Below, in pieces: positions 10,049-24,109 of a stretch of DNA of 47,725 nt (position 1 is its first letter; every line of letters begins with the position of its first letter). Source of the stretch: a virus. Lineage: Duplodnaviria; Heunggongvirae; Uroviricota; Caudoviricetes. The stretch lies in IMG/VR virus record IMGVR_UViG_2617270974_000008, positions 1 through 47,725 of that record; one strand, written 5' to 3'. A model generated the notes under the pieces. It did not search any database. It had not been told where the DNA came from and saw nothing but the letters and a program-made list of their open reading frames with translations. A program made the translations under genes and the position numbers.

Positions 10049-10689
10049 TTGTCGGTGTACCTCTCTCGTTTGCTCAGTTGTTCAGGAATATGGTGCAGCA
10101 GCTCGCCGTCACCACAGTAAATGGCGGCGTGATTCGGCACCGATGAACCAAAACAGCACAGCAGCACATCGCCCGGCTGTGCCGCTGACAACGGCACCTG
10201 ATACAGCCCCGTCGCCTCCAGATTATCCAGATAGAGATTCTGGCCGTTACGCCACCAGTCATCCTCACGATGAAAGTCCGGCATCCCAATCCCCGCCAGA
10301 TGATAAGCATCCCGGAACAGTGTGTAACAGTCCGTCACACCGTGCCCAAAGCGCCGCCCGGTGAGATGCGGCACACAGCGGAACTTATGAATCGTCCCCC
10401 GGCAGACCAGCCACCACGGCAAATCACTCTGCACCTGCAGCCGCCGGTCGGCCTCACTCAGCCAGGGCAGACCACCGGGGTGGCTGTGGACCAGCGCCAC
10501 AATCTCACCCTGCATTTCTGCCCGCAGCCAGTCCTCCGGCGACATCCGGAAATACGCCTCCGGCTCACCGGAGATATTTACGCAGGGAAGATATCTGTCT
10601 CCCTCCGGCGTTCTCACCACAAAGCCGCACGACTCCGCTGGCGCACATCGCCGGGCGTGCGCCAGAATCGCTGATTCTGTCTCTGTCAT
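9946..10689 (-). CDS. K: Tail assembly protein K (JAMM/MPN plus NlpC/P60 motifs)
   Basis: 247-aa ORF; HSHPGG...SEAD JAMM-like motif and Cys/His NlpC/P60-like region; ATG 6 nt after L stop; lambda annotation is 199 aa so start uncertain. Confidence 0.8.
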   Translation of the reverse strand: MTETESAILAHARRCAPAESCGFVVRTPEGDRYLPCVNISGEPEAYFRMSPEDWLRAEMQGEIVALVHSHPGGLPWLSEADRRLQVQSDLPWWLVCRGTIHKFRCVPHLTGRRFGHGVTDCYTLFRDAYHLAGIGMPDFHREDDWWRNGQNLYLDNLEATGLYQVPLSAAQPGDVLLCCFGSSVPNHAAIYCGDGELLHHIPEQLSKRERYTDKWQRRTHSLWRHRAWRASAFTGIYNDLAAASTFV

Positions 10690-10694
10690 GGGAT

Positions 10695-11393
10695 TTACTG
10701 CGAAAGTTTGTTAATGGAAAGGAAGCCGCCAAAGTTGCCGACGTTATTGCGAAACTTACAGCCACTCAGGCATTTGCTGCATTTATCCTTCGTGATATCG
10801 GTTGTCGGCTGGTCATATTCATCCGCGACAGCCGGACCGTGATAACCGCACTCATCACCGCGATAGGTCCAGGTGCAGGTGTTGGCCAGCATGATACGTC
10901 CCGGAAAAACAGCGCCATCCGTTTCCGTCGGCGTGGACAGTACAAAGGAGGCACTGACCGCGCTCAGTTCGCTGCACTGCTCGATGCGCCAGCGGCTGAT
11001 CACCTCCTGCTCCGGATCGGCGTCGCTGTTTCCGTTGACGAAGTTCACCGCATCCAGAAAACGGGCATAAACCTTACGCCTGACCACCGTTCCGCCGACC
11101 AGACTCTGCAGGTCTTCCGCCATCCCGGTGACCATACCGTACAGGTTAGAAACCGTCAGCGTGGGGCGCGTACTGGTACCTTTGCCATTCAGTTCGAAAC
11201 CACTCCCCTGAATGGGATACGCCTGATACTGTCGCCCCTGCCAGGTGACCGGCTCACCTTTTTCGTTCTGCTCATTACAGAAAAAATAACGTTCTCCACC
11301 AACCTCTGTCAGATCGATTTCCCAGAGCACCACGCAGGCAGACTGCTCCGCACGGGTGCATTCATTCAGTGTTTCCTGTCGGATATCCTGCAT
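10695..11393 (-). CDS. L: Tail tip protein L
   Basis: 232 aa; lambda L-like; C-terminal Cys cluster. Confidence 0.9.
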   Translation of the reverse strand: MQDIRQETLNECTRAEQSACVVLWEIDLTEVGGERYFFCNEQNEKGEPVTWQGRQYQAYPIQGSGFELNGKGTSTRPTLTVSNLYGMVTGMAEDLQSLVGGTVVRRKVYARFLDAVNFVNGNSDADPEQEVISRWRIEQCSELSAVSASFVLSTPTETDGAVFPGRIMLANTCTWTYRGDECGYHGPAVADEYDQPTTDITKDKCSKCLSGCKFRNNVGNFGGFLSINKLSQ

Positions 11394-11722
11394 CAGTTCA
11401 CCACCTGTTCAAACTCTGCGCTGAACTCAACACGCAACATACTGACCCGCGACGACCATTTTGCGCAGGTCACCTTTATCTGCCGCCAGTCATAAGGCGG
11501 CGTCCACAGAAAGGCTTTCCAGCCTCCGTGCTCTGCCAGAAACGATTCCAGCGCCGTGGCCTCCCAACGGGGGACAGAAATCGTCACGCTGTACGTTTTC
11601 AGGTTGGCATTCAGCCCGGCAGGCGCGCGCTGGGAATAGCCATCACCAAAGCGCACCTTCCTGACGGAAGGAGCCGAAGCCACATCCATACCGGGTTTCA
11701 CTTTCCAGCGGAAGGTTTTCAT
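11393..11722 (-). CDS. M: Tail tip protein M
   Basis: 109 aa; lambda M-like; coupled to H and L. Confidence 0.9.
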   Translation of the reverse strand: MKTFRWKVKPGMDVASAPSVRKVRFGDGYSQRAPAGLNANLKTYSVTISVPRWEATALESFLAEHGGWKAFLWTPPYDWRQIKVTCAKWSSRVSMLRVEFSAEFEQVVN

Positions 11723-14280
11723 CGTCCACCTCCGGAGAACAGACCACCATCACGCATCTGCCCGGTCACAACATCCATTGCCGCCTTACGGGCCATGTCA
11801 TACACCGCCTTCAGAGCAGCCGGACCTATCTGCCCGTTCGTGCCGTCGTTATTAATCACCACATGGTTATTCTGCTCAAACTTCCCGGACGCCTGCGACC
11901 GGCTGTCCGCCAGGCTGCCCGGTGTACCGACATAACCACCGGTGGCATAGCCGCGCATCAGCCGGTAGAGATTCCCCACGCCAATCCGGCTGGTTGCCTC
12001 CTTCGTGAAGACAAATTCACCACGGTGAACAATCCCCGCTGGCTCATATTTGCCGCCGGTTCCCGTAAATCCCCCTGTCGCAAAATGGAATTTCGCCGCA
12101 GCTGCCTGAATGGCTGTACCGCCTGACGCGGATGCGCCGCCACCAACAGCACCGCCAATGGCGCTGCCGATACTCCCGACAATCCCCACCATTGCCTGCT
12201 TAAGCAGAATTTCTGTCATCATGGACAGCACGGATCGGGTGAAGCTGCGCCAGTTTTGTTCACTGCCGGTCAGCATCGCCGCCATATTCTGTGCAATACC
12301 ATCAAAGGTCTGCGTGGCTGCACTTTTAACCTGCGACATACTGTCCGTGGCGCTCTCTTCCCACTCACTCCAGCCTGACTTGAGGCCTGCCATCCAGCTC
12401 CCGCGAAGCTGGTCTTCAGCTGCCCAGGTCTTTTTCTGCTCTGACATGACGTTATTCAGCGCCAGCGGATTATCGCCATACTGTTCCTTCAGACGCTGTT
12501 CCGTGGCGTCCCGCGCTGCCTGCCGGTCAGTCAGCCCCCGGTTTTTCGCATCAATGGCTGCCCGTTTTGCCCGTTGTTGCTGTGCGAATTTATCCGCCTG
12601 CTGCGCCAGCGCATTCAGGTGCTCCTGATACGTGACCTTATCGCCAAGTGCAGCCAGCTGGCGTTTGTACTCCAGCGTCTCGTCTTTATGCGCCAGCAGG
12701 GATTTCTCCTGTGCGGACAGCTGGCGACGTTGTGCCGCCTCCTCCAGTACCGCGAACTGACTTTCTGCCTTCCACAAATCCCGGCGCTGCTGGCTGATTT
12801 TCTCATTCGCTCCGGCATGCTTCTCCAGTGTCCGGAGTTCTGCCTGAAGCGTCAGCAGGGCAGCATGAGCACTGTCTTCCTGACGATCGCCCGCAGACAC
12901 CTTCACGCCGGACTGTTTCGGCTTTTTCAGCGTCGCTTCATAATCCTTTTTCGCCGCCGCCATCAGCGTGTTGTAATCTGCCTGCAGGATTTTCCCGTCT
13001 TTCAGTGCCTTGTTCAGTTCTTCCTGACGGGCGGTATATTTCTCCAGCGGCGTCTGCAGCCGTTCGTAAGCCTTCTGCGCCTCTTCGGTATATTTCAGCC
13101 GTGACGCTTCGGTATCGCTCTGCTGCTGCGCATTTTTGTCCTGTTGACTCTGCTGTTCAGCCTTCTTTCGGGCGGCTTCAAGCGCAAGACGGGCCTTTTC
13201 ACGATCATCCCAGTAACGCGCCCGCGCTTCATCGTTAACAAAATAATCATCCTTGCGCAGATTCCAGATGTCGTCCGCTTTCTTAAACGCAGCCTCTGCC
13301 TTAATCAGCATCTCCTGAGCGGTATCAGGACGACCAATATCCAGCACCGCATCCCACATGGATTTGAATGCCCGTGCTGTCCTGTCTGCCCAGGTTTCCA
13401 GCGTGCCCATGTTCTCTTTCAGGCGTCGGGTCTGGTCATCAAACCCTTTCGTTGCGGCCTCGTTCGCCGCCTGCAATGCCCCGGCTTCATCGCCGGAACG
13501 CTGCAACTGAGCAACATACGCAATCTGCTCCGCCGTCACGTTATGGAACTGGCGCGCCATCGCCGTCAGCCCCGACGTCGGGTCAGTGGTCAGCTTCCCG
13601 AAGGCTTCAGCGACCTTGTCCACCTCCACACCGGATGCAGAGGAGAAACGCGCCACACTCTGGCTGATGGACGCAATCTGAGCCTCACCGCTTACCCCCG
13701 CCTTAACCAGTGCACTGAGTGACTCGCTGGTCTGGTTAAACGTCAGCCCTGCAGCCTGCCCGGCTCTGGACAGGACCAGCATACGATCTGCCGTCAGTCC
13801 CGCCTGATTACCGGAAAGGACCAGCGTTTTGTTGAAATCGGACAGGGTTGAGTTACCCTGATACCAGGCATACGCCAGCGCACCGGTCGCCACCGCCAGC
13901 GAGGTGGCCCCGACCATCGGCAGGGGGATCGCACCGGCAAGCCCCCGGAACATGGGGATCATCCCGCCGAAGGAGTCCTTAACCTGACCACCCTGTTGCA
14001 GCAGGATCAGCCACGGGCTTTGCCCGCCTGCAAGCTGCGTGGCCACGTCGGTGAACTGTGCAGGCAGCATACGCATGGCGGCTTTATACTGCCCGACGGA
14101 AATCCCCGCTTTCTGTGCAGCCAGCGCCTGTCGGCTCAGCGACTGTTCAACGACTGCCGCTGTTTTTTTCGCATCACTTTCCGTACCGGAAAAATGACGC
14201 CTGACTCTGGCCATCTGCTCGTCAAATCTGGCCGCATCCAGACTTAAATCAACGACCAGATCGCCTACCGGTTCAGCCAT
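11719..14280 (-). CDS. H: Tail tape measure protein H
   Basis: 853 aa; lambda H-like, coiled-coil rich, Gly-rich C-terminal region. Confidence 0.95.
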   Translation of the reverse strand: MAEPVGDLVVDLSLDAARFDEQMARVRRHFSGTESDAKKTAAVVEQSLSRQALAAQKAGISVGQYKAAMRMLPAQFTDVATQLAGGQSPWLILLQQGGQVKDSFGGMIPMFRGLAGAIPLPMVGATSLAVATGALAYAWYQGNSTLSDFNKTLVLSGNQAGLTADRMLVLSRAGQAAGLTFNQTSESLSALVKAGVSGEAQIASISQSVARFSSASGVEVDKVAEAFGKLTTDPTSGLTAMARQFHNVTAEQIAYVAQLQRSGDEAGALQAANEAATKGFDDQTRRLKENMGTLETWADRTARAFKSMWDAVLDIGRPDTAQEMLIKAEAAFKKADDIWNLRKDDYFVNDEARARYWDDREKARLALEAARKKAEQQSQQDKNAQQQSDTEASRLKYTEEAQKAYERLQTPLEKYTARQEELNKALKDGKILQADYNTLMAAAKKDYEATLKKPKQSGVKVSAGDRQEDSAHAALLTLQAELRTLEKHAGANEKISQQRRDLWKAESQFAVLEEAAQRRQLSAQEKSLLAHKDETLEYKRQLAALGDKVTYQEHLNALAQQADKFAQQQRAKRAAIDAKNRGLTDRQAARDATEQRLKEQYGDNPLALNNVMSEQKKTWAAEDQLRGSWMAGLKSGWSEWEESATDSMSQVKSAATQTFDGIAQNMAAMLTGSEQNWRSFTRSVLSMMTEILLKQAMVGIVGSIGSAIGGAVGGGASASGGTAIQAAAAKFHFATGGFTGTGGKYEPAGIVHRGEFVFTKEATSRIGVGNLYRLMRGYATGGYVGTPGSLADSRSQASGKFEQNNHVVINNDGTNGQIGPAALKAVYDMARKAAMDVVTGQMRDGGLFSGGGR

Positions 14281-14707
14281 ACCGGACTCCTCCTGCGATC
14301 CCTTCTGATACTGTCATCAGCATTACGTCATCCTCCGTCATGCCCGCCATATCCGGGGAAGCGGGGATAACTTCATTTCCGTCCGGGTCAAAGCGGACGC
14401 CTCCGGTAAGCCCTGCCGCTTTCTGCATCAGCACATCATCTTCAGGCTCTTCGTCATCCTCACGCCGGTTCAGCAAACTGAAATCCAGCGGATGCATATC
14501 CGGATCGCTGAAAAACAGGCTGAGCACAGTGTACGTCAGCCCGGAAAAGTGCATATCCAGCAGAACATCATGAAAATAATGGGTACTGTAAAAGCGGTGC
14601 CAGTCGGCATACTCCGTGGATGACATCCCGGCAAGCATGGCGCGCCAGTCAGGTCGCCCCATCTCTCGCGCCAGTTTCAGGGCAAAACTCAGCTCACCGT
14701 CGAACAC
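14273..14707 (-). CDS. T: Tail assembly chaperone T segment (made as G-T fusion by -1 frameshift)
   Basis: ORF overlapping 3' end of G in -1 frame with no independent ATG/RBS; lambda G/T arrangement. Confidence 0.8.
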   Translation of the reverse strand: MFDGELSFALKLAREMGRPDWRAMLAGMSSTEYADWHRFYSTHYFHDVLLDMHFSGLTYTVLSLFFSDPDMHPLDFSLLNRREDDEEPEDDVLMQKAAGLTGGVRFDPDGNEVIPASPDMAGMTEDDVMLMTVSEGIAGGVRYG

Positions 14708-15111
14708 TTTCCCGCAGAAACAGGCTCTGCAGGCCCGGCGTCCTCTGTCTGGTCAGGGGCATCATTCACCACAAACTCATACATTCCGGACAGCCGGTAC
14801 ACCACGTTTTCAGCATGAGAAATTGCCTCTGTAGGCCAGGTGGTAAGCACTTCCTGCTCAATCTGTTTAACGGCTTCATTCATGGACGGCATCTGCGTCT
14901 TCTTCGGATGGTTATGCCACAGGGACATCGCCACCACAAAAGCGCCGGTTCTGATGGCGTCTTCCACAGTAAACTTCCGGTTGCTGTCTGACTCCGCCTG
15001 TTCTGCCTGCCGTTTCATCAGGGCGAGATGCTCAATACGCTGTAGGGCTGACAGTTCAGAAAGCGTGACGGTCACACCGTTATGTTCAAATGATTCGGTT
15101 TTCAGGAACAT
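14689..15111 (-). CDS. G: Tail assembly chaperone G
   Basis: 140 aa; lambda G-like; ends ...AGKCSTVS shortly after slippery site. Confidence 0.9.
   Translation of the reverse strand: MFLKTESFEHNGVTVTLSELSALQRIEHLALMKRQAEQAESDSNRKFTVEDAIRTGAFVVAMSLWHNHPKKTQMPSMNEAVKQIEQEVLTTWPTEAISHAENVVYRLSGMYEFVVNDAPDQTEDAGPAEPVSAGKCSTVS
14706..14713 (-). other. Programmed -1 ribosomal frameshift slippery heptamer G GGA AAG (G to T)
   Basis: Plus strand reads CTTTCCC (revcomp GGGAAAG) at G/T overlap; G frame gives GCG GGA AAG (A G K); coordinates +/-1-2 nt. Confidence 0.7.
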
Positions 15112-15126
15112 CGCTGACTCTCCGGA

Positions 15127-15867
15127 TTAACTGGCGGTGACGGTAATTTCTGCAACCGCAGCAAACTCACCATTACCGGATACAACCGGAATGTTGACCT
15201 TGCCTGCAGCAACGCCGTTCACGGTGATGGTCATACCACTGACCGACACGGTGGCTTTTGTTTTATCCGCTGACACCGCACGGAAGCTCTTGTCAGTTGC
15301 GCCCTCCGGCTGGAATGCCACGGTCAGCGTGGTGCTCTGCCCTTTCACCACCGAGGAGCTGGCAGGCGTCACAGTCATACCGGTTGCCGCCGTCACCGTA
15401 CTGCGATCTTCTGCCATTGACGGACGGCCCACATTGGTGACCTTCACCGTACGGGTGATCACGTCCTTCGCCGTCACCGCCTTACCGATACTGCTCACCC
15501 AGCCACGGAACACATCGACCGTGCCGTTCGGGAAGCGGATTTTATAGGCACGGGTATCACCTTCATTAAACCACGCCAGCAGCGCCTGCTGCCCCTGCTC
15601 TCCAGGCATCCACGCCAGCGTGAAGCTGGTATCTCCGGCGGATTTCTGTCCCTGCCCGGTCGCGGTCCAGTCCGCATCTTCATCATCGAGATAACTGTCG
15701 TCATAGGACTCAGCGGTCAGTTCGCCGGGCGTCAGGTCTTTAACTTTAGCCAGGCGCGACCAGTCAACGTCTGAAAGCGGGTTCGCATAAGGGTCGCCGC
15801 TCCCGTTATAAACCCACAGGGTGGTTCCGGCACCTTTCACCGGTATTGCTGGATTTGGTACAGGCAT
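15127..15867 (-). CDS. V: Major tail protein V (with C-terminal Ig-like domain)
   Basis: ORF 15127..15897; start placed at MPVPNP (ATG 15867, GAGGA 5 nt upstream) giving 246 aa as in lambda V. Confidence 0.9.
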   Translation of the reverse strand: MPVPNPAIPVKGAGTTLWVYNGSGDPYANPLSDVDWSRLAKVKDLTPGELTAESYDDSYLDDEDADWTATGQGQKSAGDTSFTLAWMPGEQGQQALLAWFNEGDTRAYKIRFPNGTVDVFRGWVSSIGKAVTAKDVITRTVKVTNVGRPSMAEDRSTVTAATGMTVTPASSSVVKGQSTTLTVAFQPEGATDKSFRAVSADKTKATVSVSGMTITVNGVAAGKVNIPVVSGNGEFAAVAEITVTAS

Positions 15868-15874
15868 ATCGTCC

Positions 15875-16270
15875 TCACATTTCATAGGTAATGACATACG
15901 TCAGATCGGCTGAACTCCACAGGCCCGCATCATCGTCGCGCCGGTAGTCATAGCCACTGGCCACCATACTGGTGATCAAATCTGACAGTGCCGGGATATC
16001 GCTCATCACCGGATAAATCCGGGACTCCATCCACGCATCCAGCTCTGAATCCGGCACCTGAGCAGGCAGGAAAACTTCGATATGCAGCTCCGCCTGCCAG
16101 GTATCGCTGTCCAGCTCTTCGCCCGTGTATTCAGCGCCGGTGAGATAAACGGCAACTGCCGGAAAATCCGCCTCATCAAAAACAGCGGGGCGACCATCAA
16201 AAAACGTCGCCCCGGTGTCATGCTTCTCCAGTGCATCCAGTACGGCTGCACGGAGTTCAGTATGTTTCAT
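15875..16270 (-). CDS. U: Tail terminator protein U
   Basis: 131 aa; lambda U-like. Confidence 0.9.
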   Translation of the reverse strand: MKHTELRAAVLDALEKHDTGATFFDGRPAVFDEADFPAVAVYLTGAEYTGEELDSDTWQAELHIEVFLPAQVPDSELDAWMESRIYPVMSDIPALSDLITSMVASGYDYRRDDDAGLWSSADLTYVITYEM

Positions 16271-16845
16271 CGCTTTATTACCATCCTCAGTTGATGCTGC
16301 AGCGCATAGCCCAGCTCTTTCGGAAGACGCTCACGCCGTATCCGCTCAATATTCTGTTTAAACGCCGTGGTCAGCGGCACCGCCATCGGGATTTTCACCA
16401 CATCAATGGGGTAACGGTTTTTCCCGGCCACACGCTGCATGACATGCCACCGGCCATTTTTCAGTTGCTGAATAAACGCGCCGGGAATACGACGGTTTCC
16501 CACCACAAGCACGCTGCCGCCACCTTTCAGGGATGAACGCTGCCCCTTTTTACGACGCCTGCGGCGGGACAGGACAACCCGCGCGTTACCCAGCCTGATT
16601 ACGGGCAAATCCCCCCGGTTAACTTTGATTCTGGCCTGCGGATTTTTGACCGTGGCCCTTTTCAGCCTGGCCCTTTCCTTTACCAGTTTCCGGCGTATCT
16701 TTGTCTCACGGGCAACCTGTGACGCAGACTGCGATATCGCGGATGACGCAACGCGGTTAATGGCCATTGCGGCGGCACCAGGCACCGCCGTTTTGCTGAT
16801 ACGGCTGAGGTTTTCAATGGCCTGCTCAAGACCTTTTATGGCCAT
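16267..16845 (-). CDS. Z: Tail completion protein Z
   Basis: 192 aa; lambda Z-like; overlaps U start. Confidence 0.9.
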   Translation of the reverse strand: MAIKGLEQAIENLSRISKTAVPGAAAMAINRVASSAISQSASQVARETKIRRKLVKERARLKRATVKNPQARIKVNRGDLPVIRLGNARVVLSRRRRRKKGQRSSLKGGGSVLVVGNRRIPGAFIQQLKNGRWHVMQRVAGKNRYPIDVVKIPMAVPLTTAFKQNIERIRRERLPKELGYALQHQLRMVIKR

Positions 16846-16857
16846 ACATCCCCCCTT

Positions 16858-17211
16858 TCAGCGGCGACGGTTAACGGCAGGCGGTACGCCCCGCCCAAGC
16901 CAGAGATGACAGCTTCCACCATCATCCGGCGAAACCCGGTCTATCCAGAAGTTTTCCTCACCGATGGTCAGCGTGTCTCCACGCCGCAGCTGCCGCACAT
17001 CATCAGTCCGGACAAACAGGGACGGGCTGGAGCCTTCAACGCGCACGCCCTGTCCGGCATAGCTGATATTTTCAGGGTCATCAAAAACACCACGTATTAC
17101 TGCGCCGGACTGCTCACCGGATGTCATGGTGGCTGACGTTCCCATGTACCCGCGTATCGTTTCATCGGCGCGGACAATGGCAGCATCGAACAGGTTATCG
17201 AAATCAGCCAC
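16858..17211 (-). CDS. FII: Head-tail joining protein FII
   Basis: 117 aa; lambda FII-like. Confidence 0.9.
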   Translation of the reverse strand: MADFDNLFDAAIVRADETIRGYMGTSATMTSGEQSGAVIRGVFDDPENISYAGQGVRVEGSSPSLFVRTDDVRQLRRGDTLTIGEENFWIDRVSPDDGGSCHLWLGRGVPPAVNRRR

Positions 17212-17222
17212 AGCGCCTCCCG

Positions 17223-17618
17223 TTATTGCATTCTGGCCAGGCCGCGCTCTGTCATTTCGGCTGCCACACCGGCAGAGACACGAAACGCCGTTCCCGGCAG
17301 CACAAATGCCACAGGTTCATCCCGCGTGGCGTGAAGTGCATCGGTATGCAGCGTCACCAGTGCCACAACCGTGACCAGAGCAGCCGTATCAGTCACGGTA
17401 TCCGTCTGTGCTGATACCACCTCATTTTCATGTCCGGTCAGCGCATTTTCCGGGCTGACAGACGAGTCCTGACCGGCTCCGTCATCCGTGTCATCAAGCT
17501 CCTCTTCCAGCTCTGCCACACGGAGCGCCAGTTCTTCTTTCGTCCCCGTCAGGCTGACATCACGGTTCAGTTGCTCACCCAGCGACCGGAGACGGGCAAT
17601 CAGTTCATCTTTCGTCAT
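17223..17618 (-). CDS. FI: DNA packaging protein FI
   Basis: ORF 17223..17657; start placed at MTKDELIARLRSLGEQL (lambda FI N-terminus). Confidence 0.85.
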   Translation of the reverse strand: MTKDELIARLRSLGEQLNRDVSLTGTKEELALRVAELEEELDDTDDGAGQDSSVSPENALTGHENEVVSAQTDTVTDTAALVTVVALVTLHTDALHATRDEPVAFVLPGTAFRVSAGVAAEMTERGLARMQ

Positions 17619-17659
17619 GGACTCCTCCACAGAGAGAAAATGGCCCCTAAGGGCCATGA

Positions 17660-18685
17660 TTACGCCAGTTGAACGGACACGAACTCATCAGGATCAGCCA
17701 GCAGCATCAGCGGTGCTGACTGAATCATGGTGAACTCTCGCGCCGGATCGCCGGATGTCTTCCAGTTTTTCGGATAACGGGGAGACGCATTAATACCCTC
17801 ACTCAATGCATCCGCATCCTGAATACAGCCATAGGTGCGCAGACCGCGTGCATGAGTGTTACCCAGCACCATCGTGTTGTCCGGCAGGAAGTTCTTTTTG
17901 ACGCCGTTTTCCACGTACTGTCCGGAATACACGACGATGGCCACATCGCCATACATCCCCTTATAGGACACCGCTTTGCCCAGGTCTTTTACCGCTGTCT
18001 CCAGTTCGGAATGAGAGCCGCGACGGGTATCCAGCTTCTCCCTGACGGCTTTGAAGGAACGGAACAGCGCCCAGCCTTTCGGGTCAAACACGATGATATT
18101 CACCACGCCGCTGGCGTTCAGCGCGTAGGCTTCGATATCGTCGGTCGGGTCATACGTGGACTTGTCACGCTTGCTCCACTCCGTGCCGCCGGACTGCGTG
18201 ATGTTGTTCGCCGCACTGCGGCCCATATCCACCTCAACCGGATCGAAGGCTTCACCGATCATGGTGTATTTGCCCTTGAGCACGGCAGAAACTGCCTGCA
18301 TCTCTTCGACCTGAGCAATGGCCAGCTCTTCGTCACGCATGTTCTGCATGATGATGCGACGGCGGCGGTAAGCCGGGTCCGCCAGATTCTGCGGATCTTC
18401 ATCCGGCAGGCGACGCAGGGTCATCTGCGGATTCACTTCATGCTTGGGTTTGACATATCCCGGCGTAAATTCAGAGGTGGAGCCGCCACGGGAACGGATA
18501 ACCTCACCGGAAACAATCGGCGAAACGTACAGCGCCATGTTTACCAGTCCCGGAATTTGTGAGAGATAGACTTTCTCCGTAGTGAAGGGATAGCTCTCAC
18601 GGAAAAAGAGACGCAGAAACAGCGGATCAAACTTAAATTTCTGCTCATTTGCCGCCAGCAGTTGGGCGGTTGTGTACATCGACAT
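17660..18685 (-). CDS. E: Major capsid protein E
   Basis: ORF 17660..18712; start at MSMYTTAQLLAANEQ (lambda E N-terminus), 341 aa. Confidence 0.92.
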   Translation of the reverse strand: MSMYTTAQLLAANEQKFKFDPLFLRLFFRESYPFTTEKVYLSQIPGLVNMALYVSPIVSGEVIRSRGGSTSEFTPGYVKPKHEVNPQMTLRRLPDEDPQNLADPAYRRRRIIMQNMRDEELAIAQVEEMQAVSAVLKGKYTMIGEAFDPVEVDMGRSAANNITQSGGTEWSKRDKSTYDPTDDIEAYALNASGVVNIIVFDPKGWALFRSFKAVREKLDTRRGSHSELETAVKDLGKAVSYKGMYGDVAIVVYSGQYVENGVKKNFLPDNTMVLGNTHARGLRTYGCIQDADALSEGINASPRYPKNWKTSGDPAREFTMIQSAPLMLLADPDEFVSVQLA

Positions 18686-18740
18686 AAAAAAATCCCGTAA
18701 AAAAAGCCGCACAGGCGGCCTTTAGTGATGAAGGGTAAAG

Positions 18741-19073
18741 TTAAACGATGCTGATTGCCGTTCCGGCAAACGCGGTCCGTTTTTTCGTCTCGTCGCTGGC
18801 AGCCTCCGGCCAGAGCACATCCTCATAACGGAACGTGCCGGACTTGTAGAACGTCAGCGTGGTGCTGGTCTGGTCAGCAGCAACCGCAAGAATGCCAACG
18901 GCAGCACCGTCGGTGGTGCCATCCCACGCAACCAGCTTACGGCTGGAGGTGTCCAGCATCAGCGGGGTCATTGCAGGCGCTTTCGCACTCAATCCGCCGG
19001 GCGCGGTTGCGGTATGAGCCGGGTCACTGTTGCCCAGCGGCTGGTAATGGGTAAAGGTTTCTTTGCTCGTCAT
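18741..19073 (-). CDS. D: Capsid decoration protein D
   Basis: Start at [12 protein letters not shown]; 110 aa, near-identical to recalled lambda D. Confidence 0.92.
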   Translation of the reverse strand: MTSKETFTHYQPLGNSDPAHTATAPGGLSAKAPAMTPLMLDTSSRKLVAWDGTTDGAAVGILAVAADQTSTTLTFYKSGTFRYEDVLWPEAASDETKKRTAFAGTAISIV

Positions 19074-19082
19074 AAACATCCC

Positions 19083-19688
19083 TTACACTGGTGTGTTCAG
19101 CAAATCGTTAACGGCATCAGATGCCGGGTTACCTGCAGCCAGCGGTGCCGGTGCCCCCTGCATCAGACGATCCAGCGCAGTGTCACTGCGCGCCTGTGCA
19201 CTCTGTGGTGCTGCGGCCAGAATGCGGCGGGCCGTTTCCACGGTCATACCGGGGGGTTCTGCCAGCACGCGTGCCTGTTCTTCGCGTCCGTGAGCCTCCT
19301 CACAGTTGAGGATCCCAATAATGCGGCTGTTTTCTGCCGCAACCGCTGCGGTGATCTGCGCGTTCACGTCCGGCTGCGCAGCGCTGGCGTTCTCGCCCTC
19401 CGTCGCTTGCACCACGCCAGTAACGTCAGCCTGCGAAGCAGTGGCTGAAACAGTTGTTGATTGAGTCTCTTTGGTCATTCGCCCTCCTGAGAGACGGGAT
19501 TTACGTGCATCCAGTGCATCACGCATGACGGTGATCGCATCGGTACTGTTCACAAGTTCATCAGCCAGTCCGGCATCAATGGCCTCCTGACCGCTGTACA
19601 CTGCAGCCTCGGTATCCAGCACAGCCTGCACGGACAGGCCGGTATATGCCGACACCTTCTGTGCAAACATCCGGCGGGTTGCATCCAT
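19083..19688 (-). CDS. Nu3: Scaffold protein Nu3 (in-frame internal start within C)
   Basis: In-frame ATG at 19686-19688 (MDATRRMF...) gives C-terminal 201 aa of C frame, as for lambda Nu3. Confidence 0.55.
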   Translation of the reverse strand: MDATRRMFAQKVSAYTGLSVQAVLDTEAAVYSGQEAIDAGLADELVNSTDAITVMRDALDARKSRLSGGRMTKETQSTTVSATASQADVTGVVQATEGENASAAQPDVNAQITAAVAAENSRIIGILNCEEAHGREEQARVLAEPPGMTVETARRILAAAPQSAQARSDTALDRLMQGAPAPLAAGNPASDAVNDLLNTPV

Positions 19689-20382
19689 CCGGGACTGCAG
19701 TGTTTCCCGGACATCATCCGGTAGATGGCTGTAGGGGTTGCCATCCACCTTATGGCTGCCGCTGTAAATCAGCGTGATTTCCACGCCCTGTTTCTCCAGC
19801 GCAGCACCGTAATTACTGTGAGCCATCATGACGCCGATGGAGCCTGTCCGGGCGGTCTGCGTGACCAGACGCCGGGAGGCGGCGCTGGCAAGCAGCTGAC
19901 CTGCACTGCAGTTCATGTCGTTGGCAAGCGCCCATACCGGTTTTATGTCACGCACACGGGCGATGATGTCAGCGCAGTCAAATGCCCCCGCCACCATCCC
20001 GCCGGGCGTGTCCATATCGAGCAGAATGCCGTCCACCATCGGATCGCTGGCAGCCTGTTGCAGACGGGCGATAATGCCGTTGTAACCGGTCATCCCCGAG
20101 TACGGCTGCAGCGCCCGCGTCCGGCTGACCAGCGTGCCGGACACCGGCAGCACGGCGATGCCGTTCATGACCTGATAACTGCGGGCCTGTCGTGGTCCGT
20201 CATCATCACCGGATAATGCCAGCGTCGCGAGTGCCTCCTGGGCAGTCAGGCTGTCGCCGGACACCGCATCCGTCAGGCGGCTGATCCCAAGCTGGCCTGC
20301 AAGCGCACAAAAGAAAACCCGCGCATAGGCGGGTTCAAGCATCAGCGGCTCATTAAAGGCCATACTGGCAATATGCGGGAGA

Positions 20383-20402
<20 letters not shown>
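19083..20402 (-). CDS. C: Capsid assembly protease C (S49/ClpP-like)
   Basis: ORF 19083..20516; GTG start at 20402 gives 439 aa as in lambda C, overlapping B end by 20 nt. Confidence 0.88.

Positions 20403-24083
<3,681 letters not shown>

Positions 24084-24109
<26 letters not shown>

Noticed and set aside
12110-13722. Several plus-strand ORFs (136-192 aa) inside tape-measure gene H
   Set aside because: Antisense/alternate-frame artefacts of a GC-rich gene; translations are low-complexity.
14641-14715. Apparent in-frame continuity of G into T on my first reading
   Set aside because: My base count here disagreed with the ORF track by one nucleotide; the track and the lambda precedent support a -1 frameshift, so I treat this as my counting error, not a fused G-T gene.
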